Virus record (IMG/VR): IMGVR_UViG_3300021979_000001
Coordinates: 290,948 to 354,947 of that record
Length of the DNA stretch: 64,000 bases
Direction: 5' to 3' (one strand)
DNA from: a virus
Lineage: Duplodnaviria > Heunggongvirae > Uroviricota > Caudoviricetes
This document shows positions 1 through 10,534 of this stretch, one piece after another. The notes beneath the pieces are model-generated. The model did not search any database, was not told the origin of the DNA, and worked only from the letters and a program-made list of their open reading frames with translations. The first letter of the stretch is position 1. The number at the start of each line of letters is the position of its first letter. The position numbers and the translations under genes are program-made.

Positions 1-329
1 TATATATGAGAGGTATCAATGAGTTTCAATGTGATACCATCATATACGCCATCTACACCAAAATAAGTAGCATTGTAATTGTAGTTTTCTTTGTTTTTGT
101 CGAAAACCACGTTAATGCCATTATTCCGCCGATATTTGTTCACAATGAATTGTGAATACCATACCAATTCGGAAATGGTAAATAATGATACATTTAATTG
201 TTTAGAATATTCGTTTATATACCATTTAAACGCATCTGTTGAGATTTCAAATGCGTTATGCTGTAATTGACGTTTTGCCCGTTGTTCAATGCTTGCGAGT
301 TTATTTGTCAAGGTATTATAATCAATCAT
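1..329 (-). CDS. hypothetical protein, partial (runs off window start)
   Basis: ATG at 329-327 overlaps the TGA of the upstream gene; frame open to position 1 (MIDYNTLTNKLASIEQ...). Confidence 0.65.
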   Translation of the reverse strand, partial: MIDYNTLTNKLASIEQRAKRQLQHNAFEISTDAFKWYINEYSKQLNVSLFTISELVWYSQFIVNKYRRNNGINVVFDKNKENYNYNATYFGVDGVYDGITLKLIDTSHI

Positions 330-841
330 CACACAAATACGTCATAAATATATGACGCCTCCCCCACTTGCACTGGTTCATAAATGGATTTCAAATAATC
401 TATATAACCTAACGGGATATATGAACCCGTAGATTTTCCTCGCTGTGTCAATCGGGATAATAGCACGTTTGTTTCAATGTGAAACGAATAAATGCAGGTG
501 ATATAATCCGGGGCCAGATTTATCCATTTATGTCGATTGTTATAAGACAAATTTTGAGCATCAATGATAATGTTTTCTTTATTTTTTACGGCAGTAATGA
601 ATTTGGTAATTGCATCCTCGGTGAACGCTTTATCTTCGTTAACGATAAAATTGTTGTTCTGCGGCTCGGGACGGATAATAACATGCGGCCCATAATCATG
701 AATGCGTTTATCACACCAATTTGTTTTACCTGATGTTGGCATACCAACCAAAACAAACAATTTGGGTCGGGTTGATTCCGGCAACACGGATGTCGTAGTC
801 GCATCAATTGCATCAATCGGTTCATGATTCATTTTATTCAA
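329..841 (-). CDS. P-loop kinase (AAA_33 / polynucleotide-kinase-like)
   Basis: Walker A LVGMPTSGKT, IIIDAQNL..RHKW and LLSRLTQR lid motifs. Confidence 0.8.
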   Translation of the reverse strand: MNKMNHEPIDAIDATTTSVLPESTRPKLFVLVGMPTSGKTNWCDKRIHDYGPHVIIRPEPQNNNFIVNEDKAFTEDAITKFITAVKNKENIIIDAQNLSYNNRHKWINLAPDYITCIYSFHIETNVLLSRLTQRGKSTGSYIPLGYIDYLKSIYEPVQVGEASYIYDVFV

Positions 842-912
842 CAGATCACTATCTTATTCGCCAAAACATATACCGATAACGGGTATACCATAATTTTACA
901 TCCATACAAAAG

Positions 913-940
913 AAAAACGCCCCAAAATCAGGGCGTTTTT
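913..940. terminator. intrinsic terminator
   Basis: AAAAACGCCC-loop-GGGCGTTTTT downstream of 996..2213(-). Confidence 0.7.
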
Positions 941-995
941 AAATTTTGTTCTGAAACACGATGCGTAGTTCCAACCTGTAGTGTCGGGTTGTGCA

Positions 996-2213
996 TTATT
1001 TGGTAATAACCTTCAACTTTGCCCGGTTGACCACCGTTTGTTTCACGCCTTTGAACACTTCATGTTTTTTGATGGTTGCAGCCATTTCAAACCGGGCATG
1101 GGCGGCGATGCCTTGCGGAGAACTAGCAAACCACGTGACCAGATTTCCATCGTCAGTGATGAATTTGTAAAGATAGCTGGTGCCATAATATCCAGAAATG
1201 ACCGTTTCTGAAACCAAGGTCACCGTTTCAGCCAGACGCGTGATATTCGGTTTTTTCTTGTCGGCAAAACCAACAATGTATTTGCTGTTCGAGAAATCAT
1301 ATTTCTTCGCAGCTTTTCCCGGAATAATTTTGGTCATATAAATGCCAACGACCGACGCCATAGTGCCCATTGCGCGATGGGGGATATGTGTTTCATCGAT
1401 CATAACATTTACGTTATGCTCATAATCGCTCAACGTTTCTTTAGTTTTCACGGATTGTTTAAACCAGGCGATTGCATCTTCTGCCATATCAAAATCACAA
1501 TCTTGAGGAATATCCGGTTCTTTATTCCGAGCATCATAAATATCGAGATAGTTGGAAAATGCATCATTGGCCGTGCTGGTCAATTCTTCGTTGTCGTATG
1601 CTTTCGCGCCGGAAACCCAGCCATAATGACGTATCATGCATGCAACATGTGCAAGGTATTCATCCAACGGGAATTGGCAGTATTCCATGCCCGGTTCGGT
1701 GTCGTTCCAATCTTGGGACAGTGCGTCCATATCTTCGAAATATGACGCCAAGCCAGGCAGATTGTGACCGAGAAAATCTTTCAGGCACGACGAACCAACC
1801 TGCTTATATTCGCCGGTTTCCTCGTTCATCAGAACATACGTATTCCGACGATACCGATTGATGTTGCAATGTTCACAGGTGCAACCAGATGTGCGATATT
1901 TTTCAGGAATCGTTTTACCCGGAATAGACCGGATAACATTGCGATCATCTTTATAGCTGTCAATGCTCGCAACGAACTCCCAACCCGAAAATTTCAGGTC
2001 ATACACTGTAACATGGAAATGGTGCATGCGCACCCAGGCGTTTTTAACTTCAACCAATTCCCACCCCAACGGGATCGCGAGGATCGGCTCACCGATGATC
2101 TTCTCCGCTTTCTTGCTAACTTTTGCAATAGCAGCTTCAAAATCCGCAACGCGGTGTGCAGGAATGAAGTAATCAACCCGTCCGGTCGTTCCATACTGAT
2201 TAATCATAATCAT
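996..2213 (-). CDS. conserved phage protein with Cys motifs and probable C-terminal OB-fold
   Basis: 405 aa; CEHC...VGSSCLKDFLG; C-terminal FITDDGNLVTWF...HEVFKGVKQTVVNR. Confidence 0.6.
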   Translation of the reverse strand: MIMINQYGTTGRVDYFIPAHRVADFEAAIAKVSKKAEKIIGEPILAIPLGWELVEVKNAWVRMHHFHVTVYDLKFSGWEFVASIDSYKDDRNVIRSIPGKTIPEKYRTSGCTCEHCNINRYRRNTYVLMNEETGEYKQVGSSCLKDFLGHNLPGLASYFEDMDALSQDWNDTEPGMEYCQFPLDEYLAHVACMIRHYGWVSGAKAYDNEELTSTANDAFSNYLDIYDARNKEPDIPQDCDFDMAEDAIAWFKQSVKTKETLSDYEHNVNVMIDETHIPHRAMGTMASVVGIYMTKIIPGKAAKKYDFSNSKYIVGFADKKKPNITRLAETVTLVSETVISGYYGTSYLYKFITDDGNLVTWFASSPQGIAAHARFEMAATIKKHEVFKGVKQTVVNRAKLKVITK

Positions 2214-2342
2214 TCCCTTTCATCGTATGTCTTGGTTAATGATCACAATATACCAGACAACAATAATTTTTCAACAAAAAAAACACATATTATGCATTTT
2301 TTTTATTTGTTTTATTATGCACATTAATCAAACTGATAAATA

Positions 2343-2927
2343 ATGAAGACAAACCGATTGGACCGTATGACGATGATTGACCATCCATATTTTCATGACC
2401 AGCATCCCGTAATATTGGATGAAGAAAGCTATAAAAGCATTATTGCGGATATTACGAAGAATAATGTTCCCGGCAGTATCGTCAATAATTTGCCGCACAA
2501 AGATTGGGCACCATTGATCAAATTTGTTCGTTACGTTACTTATAGCGGAAGCACATTCAAATTCTTTGTGCCAAATAAGTATAATGGTTGGCACACATAT
2601 ATTCAGTTTCGGAAAGAACAATGGCTTGAACAGATTAATGACAGAAGCCTAAACGCTAATGAAGTTGCGCGGCTTATGTTATGGTCCGGGGATATTTTGG
2701 TTCATTGTCCTTGCCCCAGTTTCAAATTCTGGGGTTTCCAATATATTATGACGCAGCTTGATTCCGCGATCATCCCGGAAAAACGGTATCCCCATATTCG
2801 CAACCCACAATTACATGGGGTATGTTGCAAACATCTGAACAGAACGTTAAAAGTTCTTCCCTTTTATCTTGGGGATATTGCGCGGGCTGTTTCTGAAACC
2901 AGAAAAGTAATTGATAACACGATTTAA
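2343..2927 (+). CDS. SWIM zinc-finger phage protein (late)
   Basis: VHCPCPSF...GVCCKHL (CxC-n-CxH); ATAAATA at 2336-2342. Confidence 0.7.
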   Translation: MKTNRLDRMTMIDHPYFHDQHPVILDEESYKSIIADITKNNVPGSIVNNLPHKDWAPLIKFVRYVTYSGSTFKFFVPNKYNGWHTYIQFRKEQWLEQINDRSLNANEVARLMLWSGDILVHCPCPSFKFWGFQYIMTQLDSAIIPEKRYPHIRNPQLHGVCCKHLNRTLKVLPFYLGDIARAVSETRKVIDNTI

Positions 2928-3292
2928 CCCTGGCACGAACCGATGACCTTGAAATTATTTTCGAATTTCAAGGCATCTTCCTTTGACCGGAACATAAGGA
3001 ATGAATTTCCCCCCAATCCTTCAACCAGCATTTTATCGATTTTCGGATAATATGGGTCCGTAAACTGATTGCCCATATAAAAATCATCCCCGATTTCCAT
3101 GAACAACCAGTCAGTCAATTCTTGCTCAAACATAAGAGCATCCATGCGCTTATGCCCCGTGAGCCAAATACGATATACATACACATTTGCGTCAAATGTG
3201 ACATAGGTGATGCCAAATTTACCAGGGTAATTGTCAGTTTCATAAGGATTGCTCAAAATGATTCCCCTGTTATTAAAATGACAACAGCCCAT
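2924..3292 (-). CDS. hypothetical protein with FxSxEDAxxF C-terminal module
   Basis: ends FLMFRSKEDALKFENNF. Confidence 0.55.
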   Translation of the reverse strand: MGCCHFNNRGIILSNPYETDNYPGKFGITYVTFDANVYVYRIWLTGHKRMDALMFEQELTDWLFMEIGDDFYMGNQFTDPYYPKIDKMLVEGLGGNSFLMFRSKEDALKFENNFKVIGSCQG

Positions 3293-3510
3293 TTGCTGAC
3301 ATCACAAATATAATAGCAATTATCGCAAAAATAGCAAGTATTCCTTTTGCGTGGTCAACGACCAACCCAAGACAAACAAAAATACATGCGAATGGCATCA
3401 AAATTGATGCTGAAATAACCATTAGTATCGTCCCAAAATGAAACATGGCTCATTCCTTCATATAACTATTAAAGAAATAAACCATGTTTTAAAATTATCG
3501 TCAACTGAAA

Positions 3511-4686
3511 TTATCGTTCCGGTGCGGTATAAACAATGACCGAACCACGACTTGTATTATCCCCAGAAGCACCAATAGCCGCAATATTCCCGTCAAGTGT
3601 TAATGAAATCGCATCGTTTGTGCTAATTAATCCACTAAACGTATCCACCGCAGACCATTTAATGCCCTGTGCATTCACAAAGACATGCCCCGAATTGCTG
3701 GTTGCCCCGGCAATAACGACCGATCCACTACCATCCGTTCCAACCGCACCATTAAATGATTTCGCATCCGGTGGTGTTACGTGGGTAAGAAGTTTCCAAG
3801 TTAAGCCGGTTTTACGATAAATCCAAACAGTATTAGAAAACCCGTCACCAACGAACATTGTGTCGTTGGTAAGTTTGGAAATAGCAATATTAATTTGTGA
3901 TAAGGAACTAGCATTTCTAGTAAATGTTTTATAAACTTCATATGTTGAACCGTTTAACGAATAAATATAAATGGTGATTTCATCTGACCCGGTTTTCGAA
4001 GTTGTTACGACCGTTGATCCATCATCAGTCATCTTAAGACGATACCCCATTTGTGCCCCAACACCTTGATATGGGTTTTCAATAAATTGTCGCTGTCCCC
4101 AAGTTGAACCTATTTTTGTATATGAATATAATGCACCATACTGATATGATCCACCGTATGTATTTGATCCGACAACAACACGTAACCCATCCGCAGACAT
4201 GGCAACAGTTACCCCAAATCGTTGCTGGTTTTCTCTATTATCTGGTGACAACGTTGCATTTAATGACCACGTTGTTCCATTAGTTGTCCGATACACATAC
4301 GCCGCACCACATGGGGTATTGCTCACGGATGCACCACTACACCCAATAACAACATCATTACCATTATATGAAATTGAAACAGATATACCAAAATAGGCAT
4401 TACTAAACCCCTGTGGGTTATCAATGCGTTGTTTAAACTGCCAGGTAGACCCATTCCATCTATAAATGAACGCCTCGCCTCGGTTAGATTGATATTGTGG
4501 GGCACCAACGACCATTGTTGAACCATCCCCAGATATTGCTGTTGCCGCACCAAACCGGCTAATGGCCTGATCACTTGATAACACCTTCACCGATGACGAA
4601 TTTGACCAGTCATATTTCAACAATACCGGTGCGTTCAATCGCAAATTATTAAATGTCGGAAAAATACCTCGGACCGAAATTCCCAT
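3511..4686 (-). CDS. FG-GAP/integrin-like beta-propeller protein, probable virion-associated
   Basis: repeated FG-x-SV-A-IS-x-DG...VVGA...G.AY.Y units; ATAAATA at 4721-4727(-). Confidence 0.8.
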   Translation of the reverse strand: MGISVRGIFPTFNNLRLNAPVLLKYDWSNSSSVKVLSSDQAISRFGAATAISGDGSTMVVGAPQYQSNRGEAFIYRWNGSTWQFKQRIDNPQGFSNAYFGISVSISYNGNDVVIGCSGASVSNTPCGAAYVYRTTNGTTWSLNATLSPDNRENQQRFGVTVAMSADGLRVVVGSNTYGGSYQYGALYSYTKIGSTWGQRQFIENPYQGVGAQMGYRLKMTDDGSTVVTTSKTGSDEITIYIYSLNGSTYEVYKTFTRNASSLSQINIAISKLTNDTMFVGDGFSNTVWIYRKTGLTWKLLTHVTPPDAKSFNGAVGTDGSGSVVIAGATSNSGHVFVNAQGIKWSAVDTFSGLISTNDAISLTLDGNIAAIGASGDNTSRGSVIVYTAPER

Positions 4687-4855
4687 CTAAAACCCCATAA
4701 ATTAAATTTAAACGTATTTGTATTTATTGTCGTTTAACCTATTCTTAAGTGCGCAAATAATACCAATGGCAAAATATGCCCGTATTACTGCATTATGTAA
4801 TTGAAAATATAACCAAAATAATGTATAGCTATACTTTTGAACATGGATAAAATCA

Positions 4856-5632
4856 ATGACCAAAACAATTGTCGGATGTGGATCATCCAATACGTATGGT
4901 GACTACATGCCCGATGGTGATGGGAATTTCAGAAAAAGTAGCAAGATGACATGGCCGTTCCACTTGGCGTCTGCGTTGGGAATGAATGTTTATCTATCTG
5001 CGATTCCTGGTCAGTCTGCATCAGCCATATTGCGTAATGCAGTTAAAGATGCACTCCATGTTAAGCAAAACGGGGGAGAACCCGTGGTTGTTGCCATACT
5101 GGTTGGTTTGGATCGAACAGAACTGATCCACAATAATTGTTGGATCAATATCGGTAATTGGTTATTACCCAAAAAATTCAAACCATCGCTGATTAGTATT
5201 GAAACCAACCCGGTATCATATTTCACCGAAGTGCATTATAGAGTCCGGGAACGTATCCAGAATTATTACGATTTATACCGGTCAATATTGATGCTTCAAT
5301 GTGTATGCATGCAAAATAATATCCCATGGATGATTGCACAAACATCAAAAAACGAAATAGTTGATGACAGTTTATTGGATATTGAACTGAAACAGCTTGA
5401 TCCGCATCGTGAATTTACATGGTCATTGCGACCGTATTACGATCAGGTAGATCATTCCCGGTTAATGATAAATGAACCATTGAACATACATACCGGAAAA
5501 CATGATTTTAATTATATCACGACAAATGATGGTAGAAGTTACCCATGCGCAGAAGCCCATAAATCATGGGTAGAATGCGCAGTAATTCCTTTTATGCAGG
5601 CGAGTATGCCAGAACTGTTTAACGACGTGTGA
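4856..5632 (+). CDS. SGNH/GDSL-like hydrolase-fold protein
   Basis: block I GCGSSNTYG, block II PGQSA, block V-like YPCAEAH. Confidence 0.65.
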   Translation: MTKTIVGCGSSNTYGDYMPDGDGNFRKSSKMTWPFHLASALGMNVYLSAIPGQSASAILRNAVKDALHVKQNGGEPVVVAILVGLDRTELIHNNCWINIGNWLLPKKFKPSLISIETNPVSYFTEVHYRVRERIQNYYDLYRSILMLQCVCMQNNIPWMIAQTSKNEIVDDSLLDIELKQLDPHREFTWSLRPYYDQVDHSRLMINEPLNIHTGKHDFNYITTNDGRSYPCAEAHKSWVECAVIPFMQASMPELFNDV

Positions 5633-5696
5633 GGGACCAAAAAACGCACACAGAACATGATAAATAACCGTATACTGTAGTGTGTGGGTTGAAAAA

Positions 5697-6497
5697 ATGC
5701 CAAATAATGATTTAAATGAATACCGGAAATTACCAACTGATCACATGCAAGGGAATGATCAGGATTATAAAATAATAAAACATCTTATTAATCTGCCCAA
5801 TAAAACGATAGAGAACCCTACGACTGCGAAAAATATAAAAAAACGTATTAGACAATCGTTATCAGCACATGGCCTTGATCGCACAGATCAAGAATATGTA
5901 GATCATTTATATAAGTTAATTGTCCAGGCGGCGGCACGGCGGCACGAGGCCCAGTTACGAAGTGATAAAACAAACAACATTGACCCTCTCTTAAAAAATC
6001 GCGAACAACGGATAAATCATAACACCAAGCAGAAATCAGCGCAGAACTACCACATGATTCGTCAGGCACGAAAAGATTATATTATTGAATTGATTAACCA
6101 AACCAAAATGTGTCCCATCTTTTCCCACTGGTCAACCGATGATCAATCAATAGTTTTGTTTGCGTTTGAAAATGGCGGTGCGACGGTTGGGAAGCAGCAA
6201 GGTGCATTAGCAACACTATCCGCCATTGAAACCGCAGTAAAGGAACGCGACTGGGATGTAATTCATGTCAGCAACAACCATGGTATTAAAGATAGTTGCT
6301 ACATCAAAGTTCCAGGGGGCGACATTGTTCGAGTTTCGAATCATGAATTACCTATCACCCACGAACGATTACACCACCATGATCAAAATAATGGCCCGAC
6401 ATGGGCAGGTGAAATCATTGTGGATGATTGGTTACACCGATCAATCGAAAGTTATATGTCAGAAATTCGTGACATTAGTCTACATGAGTTTTCGTAA
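5697..6497 (+). CDS. hypothetical late protein (C-terminal S.YI...VRVSNH domain)
   Basis: ORF of ~266 aa from ATG 5697; ATAAATA at 5660-5666. Confidence 0.6.
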   Translation: MPNNDLNEYRKLPTDHMQGNDQDYKIIKHLINLPNKTIENPTTAKNIKKRIRQSLSAHGLDRTDQEYVDHLYKLIVQAAARRHEAQLRSDKTNNIDPLLKNREQRINHNTKQKSAQNYHMIRQARKDYIIELINQTKMCPIFSHWSTDDQSIVLFAFENGGATVGKQQGALATLSAIETAVKERDWDVIHVSNNHGIKDSCYIKVPGGDIVRVSNHELPITHERLHHHDQNNGPTWAGEIIVDDWLHRSIESYMSEIRDISLHEFS

Positions 6498-6507
6498 TTT
6501 TATCATT

Positions 6508-7116
6508 CTATAGTTTCGAAATATCCAGACGGTCATAATCATCTATCGTCAATTCGGATGATCCAAGTTTTTTAACCGATCTGATGATTTTCGGGTTTAA
6601 AACAACGATTACGTGTGATGATCCCATGAAATAATCGTTAACTTTGATGTAATCAATGCCATGTTCGATCAGCCATGTTCTAAAATACAATGAAAACTTT
6701 CCATATAACAGGTTGTCACCACTAACAATATTCAGATAATATATATAAGACATGCTAGCATCATCGTTCAAATTGCGATTGTTAAATTCCAACATATATT
6801 TTTTGTAATAAGTTTTTTTGTATTTCTTAATGAAATCAATAAAATCACGAACCGGTATTTTATTTGTTTCAGATTTGAATGAAGCATCAATATATACTTC
6901 ATATAATGCACGGGAACCTTTGCTATATTGTTTGGCAATTTCTAGTGAATCGGTCAAATATAATCCTGGCCCCAATGCGGCATTATTTTTTTTACTTGGT
7001 TTCATTTCATAGAATGTATGTTCAAGACCCTTTCCCCCGTGCCATAGTTTAACCCAATTGGCTTTATCACTATCATCAAATTCACGCAAAAAATTGGCAA
7101 CGTCTCTATTACTCAT
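6508..7116 (-). CDS. ADP-ribosyltransferase-fold protein (H-G...G.GLYLT...A..Y)
   Basis: KLWHGG...LGPGLYLTDSLEIAKQYS...GIDYI...VVLNPKII; ATAAATA at 7148-7154(-). Confidence 0.7.
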   Translation of the reverse strand: MSNRDVANFLREFDDSDKANWVKLWHGGKGLEHTFYEMKPSKKNNAALGPGLYLTDSLEIAKQYSKGSRALYEVYIDASFKSETNKIPVRDFIDFIKKYKKTYYKKYMLEFNNRNLNDDASMSYIYYLNIVSGDNLLYGKFSLYFRTWLIEHGIDYIKVNDYFMGSSHVIVVLNPKIIRSVKKLGSSELTIDDYDRLDISKL

Positions 7117-7198
7117 TGTTAATAAACCATTATTATGTATGTATAGATATTTATGATAAAACCATAAATAAAAAGAATAGTTTGAGTATATTTTTAGA

Positions 7199-7669
7199 AT
7201 GGAAATTTTATCACGTTATCGGAAAATTGCACTTGATTTCGATGGAACCTTATTTGACGGCCCAGCAAGTGAATATTTGCAAGAATATGTTGTTGATAAC
7301 CAGGACAAGTCATACGGAATTGTTACATTTCGGGATGACCGAGCATCTGTTATGCGTGATCTTTCTGCAATGGGTCTTTCACCGAACTTATTTGCAACAA
7401 TCATAACAATGCCAAGAAAGATGGCAATTGATTTTGAAGCAGAAACGACGATGCGACGACATGCGGGATTACCGTTATTAGCAACGGTATCATCAGATCA
7501 AATGTTTCCGACTGAACATAAGTATGTCATGTGGAAAGGTTTTGTTTGCATGAAAATTGGAGCATCGGTCTTAATTGACGACCTGCCTTGGGCGGTTAAA
7601 CCTGGATGCACCCGGTTTAATATCGATTATGTTGATGTGGCATCACTAAAAATACCAGCCTATACGTGA
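7199..7669 (+). CDS. HAD-superfamily hydrolase
   Basis: motif I IALDFDGTL, motif II VT, motif IV LIDD. Confidence 0.8.
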   Translation: MEILSRYRKIALDFDGTLFDGPASEYLQEYVVDNQDKSYGIVTFRDDRASVMRDLSAMGLSPNLFATIITMPRKMAIDFEAETTMRRHAGLPLLATVSSDQMFPTEHKYVMWKGFVCMKIGASVLIDDLPWAVKPGCTRFNIDYVDVASLKIPAYT

Positions 7670-7715
7670 ACCTTCATTAAAAAGGAAGATCAACATTTGC
7701 CATATTCGCGTTACA

Positions 7716-8078
7716 CTATTCTTTAACGCGAACCAACATAACAACACCGTTGTCGTAATCAATTAAACAATTAATTAGACCATTAAATTTTTCGTTTAGT
7801 TTAATGTCAAAATCATTAAAACGTTCAAATGTTTCGCAATCAAACATTAGAATTTTCTGTTTATCATCATTGGAAATTGGCAAATGCGCCATTTCCCAAT
7901 CATCCATATCATACGCTTCCATTTCTTCATCTAGACCCTCGAAACCAATGGCATCCCAAGTTTCGCAATCTAAATCATCAAACGATAAATCAGGAATCAT
8001 ATTTAAGTATGAATCAACAATATTATTATTTGGCACATTCGTAATGATAGCGATAAGAATATTGATAAATTCACGCAT
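7716..8078 (-). CDS. acidic hypothetical protein with MREFINI leader
   Basis: 120 aa; N-terminus resembles the other putative head-packaged proteins. Confidence 0.6.
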   Translation of the reverse strand: MREFINILIAIITNVPNNNIVDSYLNMIPDLSFDDLDCETWDAIGFEGLDEEMEAYDMDDWEMAHLPISNDDKQKILMFDCETFERFNDFDIKLNEKFNGLINCLIDYDNGVVMLVRVKE

Positions 8079-8112
8079 ACAACGGTCCTGATAACTTATC
8101 TATTAATAAATT

Positions 8113-8204
8113 TGGCGGGTGGGGTGGGATTTGAACCCACGGTTCGCCTCACGACGAACGACAGTTTTCAAGACTGTTGCAATAAGCCACTCTGCCACCC
8201 ACCC
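8113..8204 (-). tRNA. tRNA-Ser(TGA)
   Basis: GGGTGGG/CCCACCC acceptor, ACAGT-CTTGAAA-ACTGT anticodon arm, long variable arm, TTCAAAT T-loop, encoded CCA. Confidence 0.95.
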
Positions 8205-8219
8205 GTTGTATGGTGTGTT

Positions 8220-8309
8220 TGGAGGAAAGAGAGGGATTTGAACCCTCGAACCGGTTTCCCGGTTAACGCGATAGCAACACGCCGCAATAAGCCACTCTGC
8301 CACCTTTCC
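8220..8309 (-). tRNA. tRNA-Ser(GCT)
   Basis: GGAAAGG/TCTTTCC acceptor, GCGTG-TTGCTAT-CGCGT anticodon arm, long variable arm, encoded CCA. Confidence 0.93.
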
Positions 8310-8377
8310 TCGTCAACTAACATTTATTTATCATCCAATATAATATCGGTCAATAAAAAACATCATTCATCAATACA

Positions 8378-8767
8378 TTATTGTTTATGTTTGTTCTGAT
8401 ATTTCTTCCACTTATTAAACGAACCATATGTTTTGAAACTAAGACGATATTCAGCTAACTGGATGCGTTCTTCAAGTTTTCTATCTAATTCCTGTAGCCT
8501 TAGTTCGAAATCAGTAAATTCAATGGTGTCTTTGTTTGCCTTTCTCTGGTTGCAATCATGACATGCCGCAACAGTGTTTTTAACCGAATGATATTTAACT
8601 TTTGATATTGGGATCACATGATCAACCGTAGCCTCTGATCGAGTGATTTTTTCACCACAATAGACACAACGGTTATTTTGTTTTTCAAGATTTCGTTCGC
8701 GATCAAGTTTATAAAAAACATGATCTACCAAACTCATTCTTTTGCGACGGGTTTTAGTTTTATTCAT
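8378..8767 (-). CDS. HNH endonuclease
   Basis: RCVYCG...TVDHVIP.SK...NTVAACHDCNQRK. Confidence 0.85.
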   Translation of the reverse strand: MNKTKTRRKRMSLVDHVFYKLDRERNLEKQNNRCVYCGEKITRSEATVDHVIPISKVKYHSVKNTVAACHDCNQRKANKDTIEFTDFELRLQELDRKLEERIQLAEYRLSFKTYGSFNKWKKYQNKHKQ

Positions 8768-8834
8768 AATGACATATCCTTTGTAAGTTAATGTCTTATT
8801 ATAGCAAACCACGCCGCATCAAATCAATTTATCG

Positions 8835-9332
8835 TCACCCCGAAGCATGTGAAAATATTTTCGATGCCCAATTGCATGCATCTTTTTTGCTGTAGAATAA
8901 GAAAGTAACCCACCACGATTCTAATTTGTGAGTGTTTACATGCGTGTTTGAATATGCGTTAAATTGGTATGCTTCATCGATCTTAGATTCATATGCCACC
9001 ATTTCGTCCAGGGACGACACATAACTCGGCATAAGGTAATCAATGATCGCCAACGTTTGATCACAGGAAAAATAAAGACCAGTCAGTTTGCAAGAAATTA
9101 CACCGGATGTCTGACTATCAATTGAATCTATTTTCACGCCATATAATTTTCCAGCATGAAGCTGTTCAGGAAAAATAACAGCGGATGAATAATTCTGCAT
9201 CAGATCAATTTTTTTCTGAAACAGCGATGCATGTTGCGGGGCACTTGATAACACCCGAAGCACACGATATTCATCGGAATATGTGTTTTCGTTGAACCGA
9301 ATTGCTGACATTGCTAATTCTACCACCCCCAT
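8835..9332 (-). CDS. hypothetical protein
   Basis: 165-aa ORF in a minus-strand operon; ends FLFYSKKDACNW. Confidence 0.6.
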   Translation of the reverse strand: MGVVELAMSAIRFNENTYSDEYRVLRVLSSAPQHASLFQKKIDLMQNYSSAVIFPEQLHAGKLYGVKIDSIDSQTSGVISCKLTGLYFSCDQTLAIIDYLMPSYVSSLDEMVAYESKIDEAYQFNAYSNTHVNTHKLESWWVTFLFYSKKDACNWASKIFSHASG

Positions 9333-9811
9333 GTCGCCGAAATATGATTTTTTATAAATTTTTCTGCATCACGTTCTTTTGCAAAAAAATATTGTGCCAT
9401 GGTGTATGTCTTTTTCGTTTCCCCTGGGTTGGAAATAATCAATTCTACTTCACGAACTTTATTGTTGTGTTCGATTATGCTTGCCTGTTCCGGTGTTATT
9501 GACTTGCATTCGGGATTGGTTGTGCCAATATTGTTTACATGAAAATACACGGATGATGCCCGCACGAAGTCGATTTTACTAATCGAAAACATCGGACAAT
9601 GTAATACTCCCGTTGGAACATTACACATATATAACGTATCGTGTTTTTTGAAATGTTCTAAAAACACAACTAATGACGGATACGTAGTCTTGGTGTATAT
9701 CTTATGACTATATAATCCCCACCAATCATTGCCGGTCAGTTTGAGACGAGCGGAATCAGATTGACTTATTTTGTTTTGCGATTTATTTCGCGTTTTCATT
9801 GCGCGGGTCAT
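9320..9811 (-). CDS. hypothetical protein
   Basis: 163-aa ORF; ends YFFAKERDAEKF. Confidence 0.6.
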   Translation of the reverse strand: MTRAMKTRNKSQNKISQSDSARLKLTGNDWWGLYSHKIYTKTTYPSLVVFLEHFKKHDTLYMCNVPTGVLHCPMFSISKIDFVRASSVYFHVNNIGTTNPECKSITPEQASIIEHNNKVREVELIISNPGETKKTYTMAQYFFAKERDAEKFIKNHISATWGW

Positions 9812-10034
9812 TTCGCAAGTCTTTCTTTAGTTTGTTAACAAAATTACGCAAACCACGTGGAAACGGATTGTAATTCCCGATCACCGTGCTTTGGTCACCG
9901 CACCAATCACAACGCTGTTCATTTCCATCCCATTCATGATGACATGATTTACATTTTCTGTGTTCCAAAGAATATACCCCAATTGCCAAAGTTAAAACAT
10001 TTACGGGGGATGATTGCATCCCCCGGTTTTTCAT
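9783..10034 (-). CDS. small zinc-ribbon protein
   Basis: CKSC...CDWC. Confidence 0.5.
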   Translation of the reverse strand: MKNRGMQSSPVNVLTLAIGVYSLEHRKCKSCHHEWDGNEQRCDWCGDQSTVIGNYNPFPRGLRNFVNKLKKDLRNDPRNENAK

Positions 10035-10046
10035 TATCTGGATTAT

Positions 10047-10427
10047 TCACAAAACCAATTTGGTGAAACCGACTTCATCAACAACAAAAAATTCGGCATT
10101 ATGTTCAATGATGTCGCCCACCGCAGTTGAACGATGGGCATATTTTTTCCCATCAATTGTGACAACGGGTTCAACCAATGTTATTTTATCATCAGTTGAC
10201 ATTGACCAGGCCGTTTCCATGTTTTGAGTCAAAGCATATGCCAACTCAATATCGTCGGCAGCGACCGTTGCCATTTTGGTATATCCACCACCAATGAACA
10301 AATCTGTGGCAGCTTGTCGCCGAGCAATGCTTTCTGCATCCAATGTGTTGATTGCCGTAATGGGATCAGTAATTCCCAACCGGGTTTCGGTTTCGACATC
10401 ATCTGCAATATGATAAATGATAAACAT
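10047..10427 (-). CDS. YodL-like domain protein
   Basis: HRSTAVGDII...FVVDEVGF C-terminal motif; sigma70 promoter upstream. Confidence 0.6.
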   Translation of the reverse strand: MFIIYHIADDVETETRLGITDPITAINTLDAESIARRQAATDLFIGGGYTKMATVAADDIELAYALTQNMETAWSMSTDDKITLVEPVVTIDGKKYAHRSTAVGDIIEHNAEFFVVDEVGFTKLVL

Positions 10428-10468
10428 AGTATTTGTTGTCTTCTTCCTAAGTGTTGTTTCTATATTTT

Positions 10469-10497
10469 ACTATATGGTTTAAAAATATTTTCGTCAA
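10469..10497 (-). promoter_or_regulatory. sigma70-like early promoter
   Basis: TTGACG-17 nt-TATAGT on the minus strand. Confidence 0.65.
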
Positions 10498-10501
10498 CAA
10501 A

Positions 10502-10534
10502 AAAAGCGATGTCGTGATCAATGACATCGCTTTT
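10502..10534. terminator. intrinsic terminator
   Basis: AAAAGCGATGTC-loop-GACATCGCTTTT. Confidence 0.7.

Noticed and set aside
8103-8399. ORFs 8103..8303 and 8112..8399 (also 23459..23816 and 55174..55374)
   Set aside because: They overlap well-formed tRNA genes and are translation artefacts
8378-8767. HNH gene as a mobile homing element beside the tRNAs
   Set aside because: A short McrA-like HNH with no intron or intein context and no visible insertion boundaries
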